32,000 bases of DNA from the NCBI GenBank assembly GCA_024277355.1, contig JAJRVL010000005.1, positions 30,001-62,000 on the forward strand. Direction: 5' to 3'. How positions within the stretch are numbered: position 1 is the first letter of the stretch; every line of letters begins with the position of its first letter. The position numbers were made by a program, and so were the translations under genes. Below are positions 7,209 through 15,059 of the stretch, one piece after another. The DNA is from an archaeon. GTDB lineage: Archaea > Iainarchaeota > Iainarchaeia > Iainarchaeales > 1-14-0-10-31-34. The notes beneath the pieces were generated by a model. The model made no database searches. It saw nothing but the letters and a program-made list of their open reading frames with translations, and was not told where the DNA came from.

Positions 7209-8222
7209 TCACTTATGTGTAAACCATAAAACAACTTTTTTTTCTTGTATTTCATCTATTCTTGCATAACCAAAATTTTCTAGTTGAACAGTGTTTCCTT
7301 CTTTTTCATCTAAGATTTCTTTGTTTATTATGCCGTGTTTTTTTGTTCCGTCATCTAAAACTATTTCTGCTGTAATTTCTTTTAGTATCCATTGAATTAA
7401 AGGTTTGTTTTCTAGTTTTTGTATTCCAGTGAATTCTCCAAAAACCTGTGTTTGATTTTTATTGATTACACGAAAATTTAATGCATGTTTTAATCTAACA
7501 ATTTTTCCTTCATTCATTTTTTCTGAATCTTTTTGTGAAATCAAAAAATTTTGGCTTCCTTCTTTTAATTTATAAACTCTTAATTGATCAGGGAAATCCG
7601 GATGAAGTGGTTTTTCTATTTCTAATTCAGGAACAAAATTTACATCTAATCTGATTGGATGTTCAATAAAATAATATCTGTCTGATTTGCTGTCAATAAA
7701 ATGTTTATTTAAATCAACCATTTTATTAAAGTCAATTGTTACATCAGAACTTTTTGTTCCAATTTCTTTGATTATTTCTTTTATTGTTTTAGGAGAAAAA
7801 CCTCTTCTTCTTAAAGCTTTAATAGTTCCTAATCTTGGGTCATCCCATCCTGAATAAATTCCTTTTTCTATTCCTTCTTTTATTTTTGAAGTGCTTAAAA
7901 CCATTTCAGCTAATTTAATTCTGCCTGTATGTAATGTGTGAGGATAATTCCACCCAAAATATTCATATAAAAATTTTTGTTTTTCTGCATTTTGTGCATG
8001 TTCTTGTCCTCTTATAATTAAAGTTACTTTCATTTCATGATCATCTATTGCTGAAGCAAAATTATATGAAGGCCATACCTTATATTTTTGATTAACTCTT
8101 GGGTGTTCTGGTTCATCAACTATTTTTGCAGCCCACCAGTCTCTTAAAGAAGGATCTTTTGCATTTAAATCAGTTTTAATTCTTAATACAGCCTGTCCTT
8201 CTTTTAATTCATTTGAAAGCAT
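7209..8222 (-). CDS. gltX: glutamyl-tRNA synthetase (archaeal type), C-terminal 337-aa part
   Basis: AVLRIKTDLNAKDPSLRDWW, WPSYNFASAIDDHEMKVTLIIRGQEH, MVLSTSK (KMSKS-equivalent) and a C-terminal beta-barrel anticodon-binding region. Same frame as 8259..8900. Confidence 0.85.
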   Translation of the reverse strand: MLSNELKEGQAVLRIKTDLNAKDPSLRDWWAAKIVDEPEHPRVNQKYKVWPSYNFASAIDDHEMKVTLIIRGQEHAQNAEKQKFLYEYFGWNYPHTLHTGRIKLAEMVLSTSKIKEGIEKGIYSGWDDPRLGTIKALRRRGFSPKTIKEIIKEIGTKSSDVTIDFNKMVDLNKHFIDSKSDRYYFIEHPIRLDVNFVPELEIEKPLHPDFPDQLRVYKLKEGSQNFLISQKDSEKMNEGKIVRLKHALNFRVINKNQTQVFGEFTGIQKLENKPLIQWILKEITAEIVLDDGTKKHGIINKEILDEKEGNTVQLENFGYARIDEIQEKKVVLWFTHK

Positions 8223-8258
8223 TTTTTCAAATTCTTTTAATTGTTCGTCAGGTTTTTT

Positions 8259-8900
8259 TTATCTGCATTCGCATCCTTTGTTTTCATCAATTAATTGTTT
8301 CCATTTTTCTTTTTCGCATGAACAGACATACGCTTTTCCTATTGAAATAACTTTTTTCATAAAAGAATAATATATTTCCATTCTGTCTGAAGCAAAAAAA
8401 GTTTCATCTGCTTTTACTCCAAGCCAGTTCATGTCTTCTTTAAATATTTGTTCTGCATTTTTAATTGGTTTTTTTGTTTTAGGATCAGTATCATCAAATC
8501 TTAAAATAAATTTTCCATTATATTTTTTTGCGTATTCAAATGAATTAAGCAAAGCCCTTGCATTGCCTAAATGAAAAGGTCCATTAGGATTTGGGGCATA
8601 ACGCGTTACTACTTGTTCTTTTTCTGCCCAGTCTAACTGCATTTCTTCTTTTTGTTTTCTTTCAGGCAGTTCATTAAAATCCATTGAATTAAATTTTTCT
8701 TCTAATTCTTTTTTATCCATTGAATTAACTGATTCAACTGTTTTGGTTATTTCTTTTATTTCTTTGCTTAAGTTTTTTGCCAGTTCTTTGTCTATTGCCA
8801 TTAGTTTTGAAATTACTGCTTTTAATTCTGCTTTTCCTGAATGTTCAACTGCATTTTTTACAGCATATTTAAAAGTTAATTCATTTAATTTTTGTTTCAT
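8259..8900 (-). CDS. gltX: glutamyl-tRNA synthetase (archaeal type), N-terminal 213-aa part ending at an in-frame TAA
   Basis: RYAPNPNGPFHLGNARA (HIGH motif), ILRFDDTDP and Zn-knuckle CSC...CEC. Stop TAA at 8259-8261, followed by 12 sense codons and then the ATG of the next piece. Confidence 0.85.
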   Translation of the reverse strand: MKQKLNELTFKYAVKNAVEHSGKAELKAVISKLMAIDKELAKNLSKEIKEITKTVESVNSMDKKELEEKFNSMDFNELPERKQKEEMQLDWAEKEQVVTRYAPNPNGPFHLGNARALLNSFEYAKKYNGKFILRFDDTDPKTKKPIKNAEQIFKEDMNWLGVKADETFFASDRMEIYYSFMKKVISIGKAYVCSCEKEKWKQLIDENKGCECR

Positions 8901-8944
8901 AAGTTATCTTTCCTAATGAAATTTCAATGAAAATTAGTTTAATT

Positions 8945-9607
8945 TTATTGTTTTGTATTAAAATGGTTTAATACTGCTTTTGCAAGGCTTTTGTTCTGTA
9001 ATATAGCAAAATGATAAAATGGTCGTTGTTTTTGGAAGTTGTCTAAAACTAAAATTACTTTTTTTTCATCTATTACAAAAGTATTGTCTATTTCTTTTTT
9101 TTCTGAATAATTAACTTTAATTTTTTTTTCTATTGCTTTATTTAATGCTTCTTTTAAAAAACTTCTTTTGCTTGTTTCAGTAAAAACATTAATTGATTTT
9201 TTTGCTTTAAGTATTTCCTGTCCTAAAACTCTGTCAAAATCATTTAATTCTCTGACTTTAAAGACATTTTCTTTTTCTTCTTGTTCTTCAGAAAAAAGGT
9301 TTTCTTTTAATTTCAATGCATTTTCTTCTATTTTAGTTAATTCTTTTCTTTTTTCTTTAATTAATTTTTCTATTATTTTACTTGATTCAATTGCCTGAAA
9401 TTTTTTTGGTCTTCCATGTAATGCAATAACTAATTGTTTTTCTTCTAATTTTTCTAATACATCATAAACTCTTGTTTTTGGAATTCCTGTGTTTCTGCTG
9501 ATTTCAGGAGCCTGCAATAAACCTTTTTTTATTAAAGAAAAAATTGCTTTTGATTCGTATTCAGTTAAGCCAAAAGAAGTAAAATGATTAATTGTTTCTT
9601 CGTCCAT
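8945..9607 (-). CDS. TrmB-family transcriptional regulator
   Basis: FGLTEYESKAIFSLIKKGLLQAPEISRNTGIPKTRVYDVLEKLEEKQLV winged-helix signature. The track start at 9616 is TTG; ATG 9607 is preferred. Confidence 0.8.
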   Translation of the reverse strand: MDEETINHFTSFGLTEYESKAIFSLIKKGLLQAPEISRNTGIPKTRVYDVLEKLEEKQLVIALHGRPKKFQAIESSKIIEKLIKEKRKELTKIEENALKLKENLFSEEQEEKENVFKVRELNDFDRVLGQEILKAKKSINVFTETSKRSFLKEALNKAIEKKIKVNYSEKKEIDNTFVIDEKKVILVLDNFQKQRPFYHFAILQNKSLAKAVLNHFNTKQ

Positions 9608-9666
9608 TTTTCTCAACTAAAGCGTATACAAATCATTATATAAATTTACTCTTTATAGTGAAGTAA

Positions 9667-10704
9667 TTAGGTAGTAGTTTGTTTTGTCCATTCAAGAAGA
9701 TTGTTCTGCAAAACAAATTTTGTTTTCTTTAATTCTTTGATGTTTTTTGCTCCTGATAAAAACATTGAAATTCTTAATTCCTGTTTTAAACTTTCAATTA
9801 ATTCTTCTAGTTTTTTTTCTCCTTTTTTTGCTTTAATTAATGCAGGAACTGCTATTCCGGTTAATTCTGCTCCTAAAGCAATGCTTTTTGCTATTTCTAA
9901 TCCATTTCTTATTCCGCCTGAAGCAATAATTTTTTTACTGGAAACTTTTCCTGCAATCAATAATGCGGCTGCAGTTGGAATTCCCCATTCGCCAAAAACT
10001 GAATTAAGTTTTTTCCTGTTATAAATAATTGAATCAACTTTAACAAAAGAAGTTCCTCCTGCTCCTGCAACATCAATTGCTTTAATTTTTGTTTTTTCCA
10101 GTTTTTTTGCTGTTTTATCTGAAATGCCGTTTCCTACTTCTTTTATTATTACAGGAAAATCACTTTCTTCAGCAAAATTCTTTATGCTATTAAACTGTTT
10201 TGAAAAGCCCTTTGTTTTTATATTTTGCATTAATTCTTGTGCGGGATTTAAGTGAATTGAAATAGCATCAGCCTGAATTTCAGTTAAAAAATCATTAATT
10301 CTTTTAACAGAATATTTTTCTAACTGCAATGCGCCAATATTTGCTTCCAAAAAAACATTAGGACAGAATTTCCTGAATTTAAAATACTTTAAGTTTTCTT
10401 TTTTTTCTAATCCTGCTCTCATTGAACCCAAAGAAAAACCAATTCCTTTTTTTTCGCAAGCTAAAGCAATGTTTTTGTTTAATTTAAATGATTCTAATGT
10501 TCCTCCAGTTATAGGTCTAATACTTAAAGGAAAAGAAAAATTCTTGCCTAAAAAATCAGTGGAAAGTGAAATGTCATTTAATTCAAAATCAACCAAAGGA
10601 TTATGTATAAGTTCAACTTCTTCCAGTAAATTTGTTTTTTTAAACTGGCTTTGTTTTTTCATTGCAGTTTTAATATGCCTGTTTTTTCTTTTTGCTGTTT
10701 TCAT
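9667..10704 (-). CDS. fni: isopentenyl-diphosphate delta-isomerase, type 2 (FMN-dependent)
   Basis: N-terminal KRKNRHI, TIM-barrel motifs VAGAGGTSF and ASGGIRNGLEIAKSIALGA; 345 aa. Confidence 0.85.
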   Translation of the reverse strand: MKTAKRKNRHIKTAMKKQSQFKKTNLLEEVELIHNPLVDFELNDISLSTDFLGKNFSFPLSIRPITGGTLESFKLNKNIALACEKKGIGFSLGSMRAGLEKKENLKYFKFRKFCPNVFLEANIGALQLEKYSVKRINDFLTEIQADAISIHLNPAQELMQNIKTKGFSKQFNSIKNFAEESDFPVIIKEVGNGISDKTAKKLEKTKIKAIDVAGAGGTSFVKVDSIIYNRKKLNSVFGEWGIPTAAALLIAGKVSSKKIIASGGIRNGLEIAKSIALGAELTGIAVPALIKAKKGEKKLEELIESLKQELRISMFLSGAKNIKELKKTKFVLQNNLLEWTKQTTT

Positions 10705-10710
10705 TTTTTA

Positions 10711-11517
10711 TCACTTAAAAAATCCTATTGAGGCATAAGCCACAACATTGTTTTTGTCTCCTGTAACATCTCCTGAAGTAGAATAATTAATTAACTCTGT
10801 TTTATTTATGTCTTTCTTTTTGCAGTATTGCATTAAAACTTCTATTGAAGAATGACCGCAAATACTTAAATTTTTTTTTTCTATTAATTCATGAAAATCT
10901 TTTATTCTCATTTTTTTAATTAATTCTATTGCCTTAAAATCTTTTTCTTTTGCAGTTTTTTCATTTAAAAAATGAGTAAAATCACTTGAAGCAATAACAG
11001 TAAATTTTTTTCCTGTTTTTTTTTCTGTTTGAATTAAAGCTTTAGCTAATTCTTCTAATTCTTTTGAATCAGAAACCATTAAAGTAATTGGAACAATCTT
11101 AAATTCCTTAAACAAATACTGTAAAAAAATTAACTGTACTTCAATTGAATGTTCCTGTAAATGTGCGATTTCATCTTTTTTTGCTTTAGTAAAAATTGAA
11201 GTTAAAACATCAACGGCTTGTTTATCAATTTCTGTTTCTCCTAATGGAGTTTCCCAGATTCCTTCAGGATAAACTGAAATTTCTTCTCCATAACCTGTAT
11301 GATTTGGAGATAAAATTACAATTGTTTCAGGTTTATTTAATAAAGAATAAGAATATGCTGCTGTTTGTCCTGAATAAACTGTTCCTGCATGAGGTGAAAT
11401 TATATAATTTGTTTTTGTTGTTGTTTTTGTTTTAGAAAAAAATTTTTTTAATTGAATTTGTATTTTTTCTTTTGTTTTAGGATAAAAACTGCCTTGAAGA
11501 ATTGATTGTCTTTTCAT
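10711..11517 (-). CDS. MEMO1-family protein (AmmeMemoRadiSam system protein B-like)
   Basis: GSFYP, ISPHAGTVYSGQTAAYSY, SSDFTHF and ICGHSSIEVL motifs. The position next to rps2 matches archaeal synteny. Confidence 0.8.
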   Translation of the reverse strand: MKRQSILQGSFYPKTKEKIQIQLKKFFSKTKTTTKTNYIISPHAGTVYSGQTAAYSYSLLNKPETIVILSPNHTGYGEEISVYPEGIWETPLGETEIDKQAVDVLTSIFTKAKKDEIAHLQEHSIEVQLIFLQYLFKEFKIVPITLMVSDSKELEELAKALIQTEKKTGKKFTVIASSDFTHFLNEKTAKEKDFKAIELIKKMRIKDFHELIEKKNLSICGHSSIEVLMQYCKKKDINKTELINYSTSGDVTGDKNNVVAYASIGFFK

Positions 11518-11544
11518 GTTAATAAATAAAGGAAAAAGTTGTTT

Positions 11545-12234
11545 TTATCTTTTTGGTCTGCCTCTTCCTTTTTTCATTGGTCTTCTTTTTCTTTCCATGT
11601 TTCTTTTTTCTTTCATTAATTCTTCTTTGCCTTCTTTTAGTTTGTATTCAAAGTCTTCTGCTGTTTTTGTGAATTCTTTTTCGTTTTTTATTTCTTTTCT
11701 TTCAATTAAAATATTTCTTGCAACCATCCAGAAAACTAAAGCAAGACTTTTTCTTCCTTTGTTGTTTACAGGAATAATTAAGTCAATGTCTTTTGTTGAA
11801 TTATTTGTTGAACTTAATGAAATAATTGGAATCCTTAAACTTTTTGCTTCTTTTATTGCCTGAAAGTCTGCATCAGGTTCTGTTACCATTAATAAACTTA
11901 ATTCAGTGAACTCTTTTCCTTCTGGATTAGTAAAAGTTCCTGGAATAAATCTTGAAGGAATTGCTTTTGCTCCTACTGCTTCTGCAAATTGTTTTATTGG
12001 AGTTTTGCCGTATAGTTTTCTTGAAACAACAACTACTTTGTCTTTTTCATAGTTTGAAATCAATTTTGCAGCAAGGTTTATTCTTTCATCTAATGTTTTA
12101 ATATCCATTACTTTTAATCCGTCATCTCTTCTTTTGTAAATGTATTTTTTCATGCCCCATGTCTTGTATTTTGTTCCTATATGTGCTCCTGTTTTCAGAT
12201 ATCTTTCTGTTTCAGTATTTGTTGTTGTTTCCAT
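11545..12234 (-). CDS. rps2: ribosomal protein S2 (uS2) with basic C-terminal tail
   Basis: YLKTGAHIGTK...VVVVSRK...LMVTEPDAD...AIKEA..L.IPIISL signature. Confidence 0.92.
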   Translation of the reverse strand: METTTNTETERYLKTGAHIGTKYKTWGMKKYIYKRRDDGLKVMDIKTLDERINLAAKLISNYEKDKVVVVSRKLYGKTPIKQFAEAVGAKAIPSRFIPGTFTNPEGKEFTELSLLMVTEPDADFQAIKEAKSLRIPIISLSSTNNSTKDIDLIIPVNNKGRKSLALVFWMVARNILIERKEIKNEKEFTKTAEDFEYKLKEGKEELMKEKRNMERKRRPMKKGRGRPKR

Positions 12235-12245
12235 TTTTTATCTCC

Positions 12246-12440
12246 TCAGCGACTGTATTTTATTATGTCATCCATTAATTCAACATGGCTTAAAAGCATT
12301 CTTCTGCAGCAGTATCTTGCTATTCCTAATTCATTCATTACTTTTTCTGCTGATTCTCCTTTGGCTACTCTTGTTTGGAATTCTTCGTAGTATTCTCCTA
12401 CTACTTTTCCGCATGAAAAACATCTTATTGGAATCATCAT
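12246..12440 (-). CDS. rpoN: RNA polymerase subunit Rpo10 (N)
   Basis: [14 protein letters not shown]...[11 protein letters not shown] zinc-binding signature. Confidence 0.93.
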   Translation of the reverse strand: MMIPIRCFSCGKVVGEYYEEFQTRVAKGESAEKVMNELGIARYCCRRMLLSHVELMDDIIKYSR

Positions 12441-12447
12441 TTTTGCT

Positions 12448-13038
12448 TCACCTCTTAGAGCTCTGTTTCTTTTTTCTTGCTTTTGTGCCTAATGGTTTCT
12501 TTGGTTCAACTCTTCTGTGATCGTCAACCATTAAAAGCCTGTCATATTTAATAAACATTTCTTTTAATTTTTTGTCATTAGTGTATTCAACTATTGCTTT
12601 GGCTATTACGCTTCTTGCAGTAACTGCCTGCCCCATAAAGCCTCCGCCCCTGACATTTATTTTTATGTCTGTTTCTTTCAATAAATCTCCTGCTAATTTT
12701 ATTGGCTCAAAAATCATGTCTTTTACATATTTTGGTTCAATAAATTCAAGTTTTCTTTTGTTTAATGTAATTCTTCCTTTTCCTGTTTTTATTACTGCTC
12801 TTGCAACTGCTGCTTTCTTTTTTGATTTAACCATCATTCCATATTTTTTGCTTCTTTTAGCTTTCTTTTTTTTCTTTTTCTTTGATTCTGTTTCAGCTTT
12901 TTCTTCTTCTGTTGACTCTTTTTTTTCTGTTTTAGTTTCTTTTGCTGATTCAACTGGTTTTTCTTTTGCGTCTTCTTTAGTTTCTTCTGTTTTTTTTTCA
13001 GTTTTTATTTCTTTTTTTTCCTGTTTTTCTTCTGCCAT
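12448..13038 (-). CDS. rps9: ribosomal protein S9 (uS9) with ~65-aa K/E-rich N-terminal extension
   Basis: C-terminal core ...[22 protein letters not shown]...[24 protein letters not shown]. The N-terminal low-complexity extension contains a cassette shared with L32e. Confidence 0.92.
   Translation of the reverse strand: MAEEKQEKKEIKTEKKTEETKEDAKEKPVESAKETKTEKKESTEEEKAETESKKKKKKKAKRSKKYGMMVKSKKKAAVARAVIKTGKGRITLNKRKLEFIEPKYVKDMIFEPIKLAGDLLKETDIKINVRGGGFMGQAVTARSVIAKAIVEYTNDKKLKEMFIKYDRLLMVDDHRRVEPKKPLGTKARKKKQSSKR
12917..13020. repeat. 104-nt cassette, copy A (in the rps9 N-terminal extension)
   Basis: Manual ungapped alignment to 22237-22340 gives 96 of 104 identical positions. This includes a 52-nt exact run (12917-12968) and a 20-nt exact run (13001-13020). 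In frame in both genes. Confidence 0.9.
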
Positions 13039-13042
13039 TAAA

Positions 13043-13462
13043 TCACCATTTTGCTCCGAGCAGTTTGCTTATTTCACTTAATTTTACTGTATTTCTGTTT
13101 GTTTTGTTTTCTGCTTCTTTTATGTTTTTAAATTTTGTTTCTTTGAATTCTTCTGGAATTCCAATATAAATTTTAAGTCTTTTTTCTGCTTCTTTTCCTC
13201 TTTTTGTTTTTCTTGGAAGCATTCCAATTACTGCTTTTTTCAGTAATGCATCTGGTTTTCTTGGATATTTTGGTCCATATAATGGATTTGATTTAACTGA
13301 TGCACTTCTTTTTTTTGCATATCTTTCTAAAACATATTTTTTTGTTCCTGTAATTAATATTTCTTCTGCATTAACTATTATTACTTCGTTTCCGTTAAGT
13401 AATTTTTCGCTTACTTTTGATGCAAGCCTTCCCATTATAAGTCCTTGTGCATTTATTTTCAT
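13043..13462 (-). CDS. rpl13: ribosomal protein L13 (uL13)
   Basis: GLIMGRLASKVSEKLLNGNEVIIVNAEEILITG...MLPRKTKRG signature. Confidence 0.92.
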   Translation of the reverse strand: MKINAQGLIMGRLASKVSEKLLNGNEVIIVNAEEILITGTKKYVLERYAKKRSASVKSNPLYGPKYPRKPDALLKKAVIGMLPRKTKRGKEAEKRLKIYIGIPEEFKETKFKNIKEAENKTNRNTVKLSEISKLLGAKW

Positions 13463-13475
13463 TTTTTTTTCACCA

Positions 13476-13832
13476 TTATTTTACAATCATTAAATCTTTT
13501 GTATTAATTTTCAATGCTTCTTCTAATTCAATTATTTTTCCTTTTTTTTCTGAAACTTTTTCTTTTGCTTTTTCAGAGAATTCTAATGCAGCAATGTTTA
13601 ATGTTTTAGTTAATTCTCCTTTGCCTAAAACTTTTCCTGCAACTACTAATGTTTTATTCTGGAATTTTTCTGAAATTTTTTCTAGTTTCCATAAATTAAT
13701 ACTAACTCTATTTCTTCTTGGAGTAGCTATTGCTTTAGCTATTTCTTTCCACATTTTTTTGTTTTTTCCTTCTTTTTTAAGCAAGGAAATTAATTTTTTT
13801 GTTTTTTCTTTTGTTGGTCCAGTTCTTTTCAT
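13476..13832 (-). CDS. rpl18e: ribosomal protein L18e (eL18)
   Basis: TGPTKEKTKKLISLLKK...TPRRNRVSINLWKLEK...VVAGKVLG signature; GTGATAAT SD. Confidence 0.9.
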   Translation of the reverse strand: MKRTGPTKEKTKKLISLLKKEGKNKKMWKEIAKAIATPRRNRVSINLWKLEKISEKFQNKTLVVAGKVLGKGELTKTLNIAALEFSEKAKEKVSEKKGKIIELEEALKINTKDLMIVK

Positions 13833-13903
13833 ATTATCACTTTTCTATTTTTTGATAAACCTTTTTTTTAAAAAGATTTGAGGGATTTATCCCTCGTTTT
13901 TGT

Positions 13904-13928
13904 TCAACCTTTTTTTTAAAAAGGTTGA
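13904..13928 (-). terminator. perfect 11-bp A/T-rich hairpin with T5 run directly after the tRNA
   Basis: Minus strand reads UCAACCUUUUU-AAA-AAAAAGGUUGA, starting 1 nt after the tRNA discriminator base. The oligo-U could act as an archaeal termination signal. The same AAAGGTT word recurs in other spacers. Confidence 0.3.
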
Positions 13929-14092
13929 TGCAGGAGGAGAGATTCGAACTCTCGAAGGCACTAAGCCACAGGATATCTTCGAACATTTTTTTCTTTTTTG
14001 GCAAATCTTTTTTTAGAAAGGTTTTTTGATAAAACTTTTTTTTAAAAAAGTTTTCTTAAGTCCTGCCCCGTTGACCGCTTGGGTACCCCTGC
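13929..14092 (-). tRNA. tRNA-Leu (anticodon UAA), class II, with an 80-nt intron at 37/38; CCA not encoded
   Basis: 5' exon 14092..14055: GCAGGGG-UA-CCCA-AGCGGUCAA-CGGG-G-CAGGA-CUUAAG. 3' exon 13974..13929: A-UCCUG-UGGCUUAGUGCCUUC (long variable arm)-GAGAG-UUCGAAU-CUCUC-CUCCUGC-A. The acceptor has 7 bp with one G.U, and the anticodon stem CAGGA/UCCUG is restored only after removing 14054..13975. Confidence 0.85.
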
Positions 14093-14093
14093 A

Positions 14094-14666
14094 TTACATT
14101 TTATTTACTGCTTTTTTCAGCTCCTCTGCTTTTGCTTTTATTTCTTCTACTGCTTGTTCTATTATTTCTTTTGGCTGCATTCCACCAAATGATTCAACAT
14201 TTACTGTAAATACATCTTTATTGTAACTGTAACTCATTATTCCAGGAAGCCATTTTGTGTGTGTTCTTCCTGAATCAACTGTTGCTTCCATTTCTATTTT
14301 TATTTTTTGTTCTTTTCCTAGTTTTAATATTGGAATTTTTTTATCTATTACTTCTATTTTTGGGTCAGTGCTTCTTATGTCTTTTGAATAAACAGTACAA
14401 GGTCCTTCTTTTTCAACCATTAATGTTACTGTGTCTTTTTTCTTATATGTTTTTGTGTCTGTTTGGATTGGAAGCATACCTAATCTGTGTGCCAGCATTT
14501 CATTAAACATTACTGAAGTGTTTTCATAAATATTTACGTTGTCTACTGCAAAACTTTTTACATTTACCTGAATGGCTCTTCTTATTGCATTGACTAAAGC
14601 AGGAGTTGCTCCTTTAACTGAAAATTTTATTGTTCTGTCATTTTTTTCTATTTTTTTTATTTCCAT
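14094..14666 (-). CDS. rpoD: RNA polymerase subunit Rpo3 (D)
   Basis: IKFSVKGATPALVNAIRRAI...MLAHRLGMLPI signature; GGTGGA SD. The stop is 1 nt before the tRNA 5' end. Confidence 0.9.
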   Translation of the reverse strand: MEIKKIEKNDRTIKFSVKGATPALVNAIRRAIQVNVKSFAVDNVNIYENTSVMFNEMLAHRLGMLPIQTDTKTYKKKDTVTLMVEKEGPCTVYSKDIRSTDPKIEVIDKKIPILKLGKEQKIKIEMEATVDSGRTHTKWLPGIMSYSYNKDVFTVNVESFGGMQPKEIIEQAVEEIKAKAEELKKAVNKM

Positions 14667-14675
14667 TTATTCCAC

Positions 14676-15059
14676 CTACTTTTTCTTTCCTCTAAATCTC
14701 TTTTTTTTCCTGCATCCGTCATGAGGAACTGGTGTTACATTTTCTATGCTTCTAATTCTTAATCCTGCTCTTGTAAGGCTTCTTATTGCTGCTTCTGCAC
14801 CTTGCCCTGGGTTTTTTGATCTTATTCCGCCTTGTCCTCTTACTTTAACTATTATTTCAGTTAAACCTTTTTCTTTTGCTTTTCCGGCAATTGTTTCTGC
14901 GACTTTCATTGCTGCATAAGGGGATCCTTCTTTATGCTGTGCTTTTACTACAACTCCGCCTGAACATTTTGCTATTGTTTCTTGACCGGTTATATCTGTA
15001 AGTAAAATTATTGTATTGTTGTGTGATGCATAAATATGAATTATTCCTTTTTTATTCAT
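14676..15059 (-). CDS. rps11: ribosomal protein S11 (uS11)
   Basis: GIIHIYASHNNTIILLTD...GSPYAAMKVAE...VRGQGG...GQGAEAAIRSLTRAGLRI signature. Confidence 0.93.
   Translation of the reverse strand: MNKKGIIHIYASHNNTIILLTDITGQETIAKCSGGVVVKAQHKEGSPYAAMKVAETIAGKAKEKGLTEIIVKVRGQGGIRSKNPGQGAEAAIRSLTRAGLRIRSIENVTPVPHDGCRKKKRFRGKKK

Noticed and set aside
8259-8261. Stop-codon reassignment (TAA as a sense codon) as the explanation for the interrupted GluRS.
   Set aside because: TAA, TGA and TAG all terminate well-conserved genes at the expected protein ends throughout this window, so the standard code applies.
12840-13040. Tandem repeats, CRISPR-like periodicity or a mobile element in the T/C-rich low-complexity tracts. 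Also seen at 15060-15300, 22200-22500 and 26820-27070.
   Set aside because: There are no regular repeat-spacer units, no terminal inverted repeats and no transposase or integrase. The periodicity is codon-level K/E/T bias inside r-protein tails. Only the 104-nt rps9/rpl32e match stands out, and it is reported separately.
13975-14054. A box C/D guide RNA embedded in the tRNA-Leu intron, as in the haloarchaeal tRNA-Trp intron.
   Set aside because: The intron is almost entirely A/U and contains no UGAUGA or CUGA boxes.
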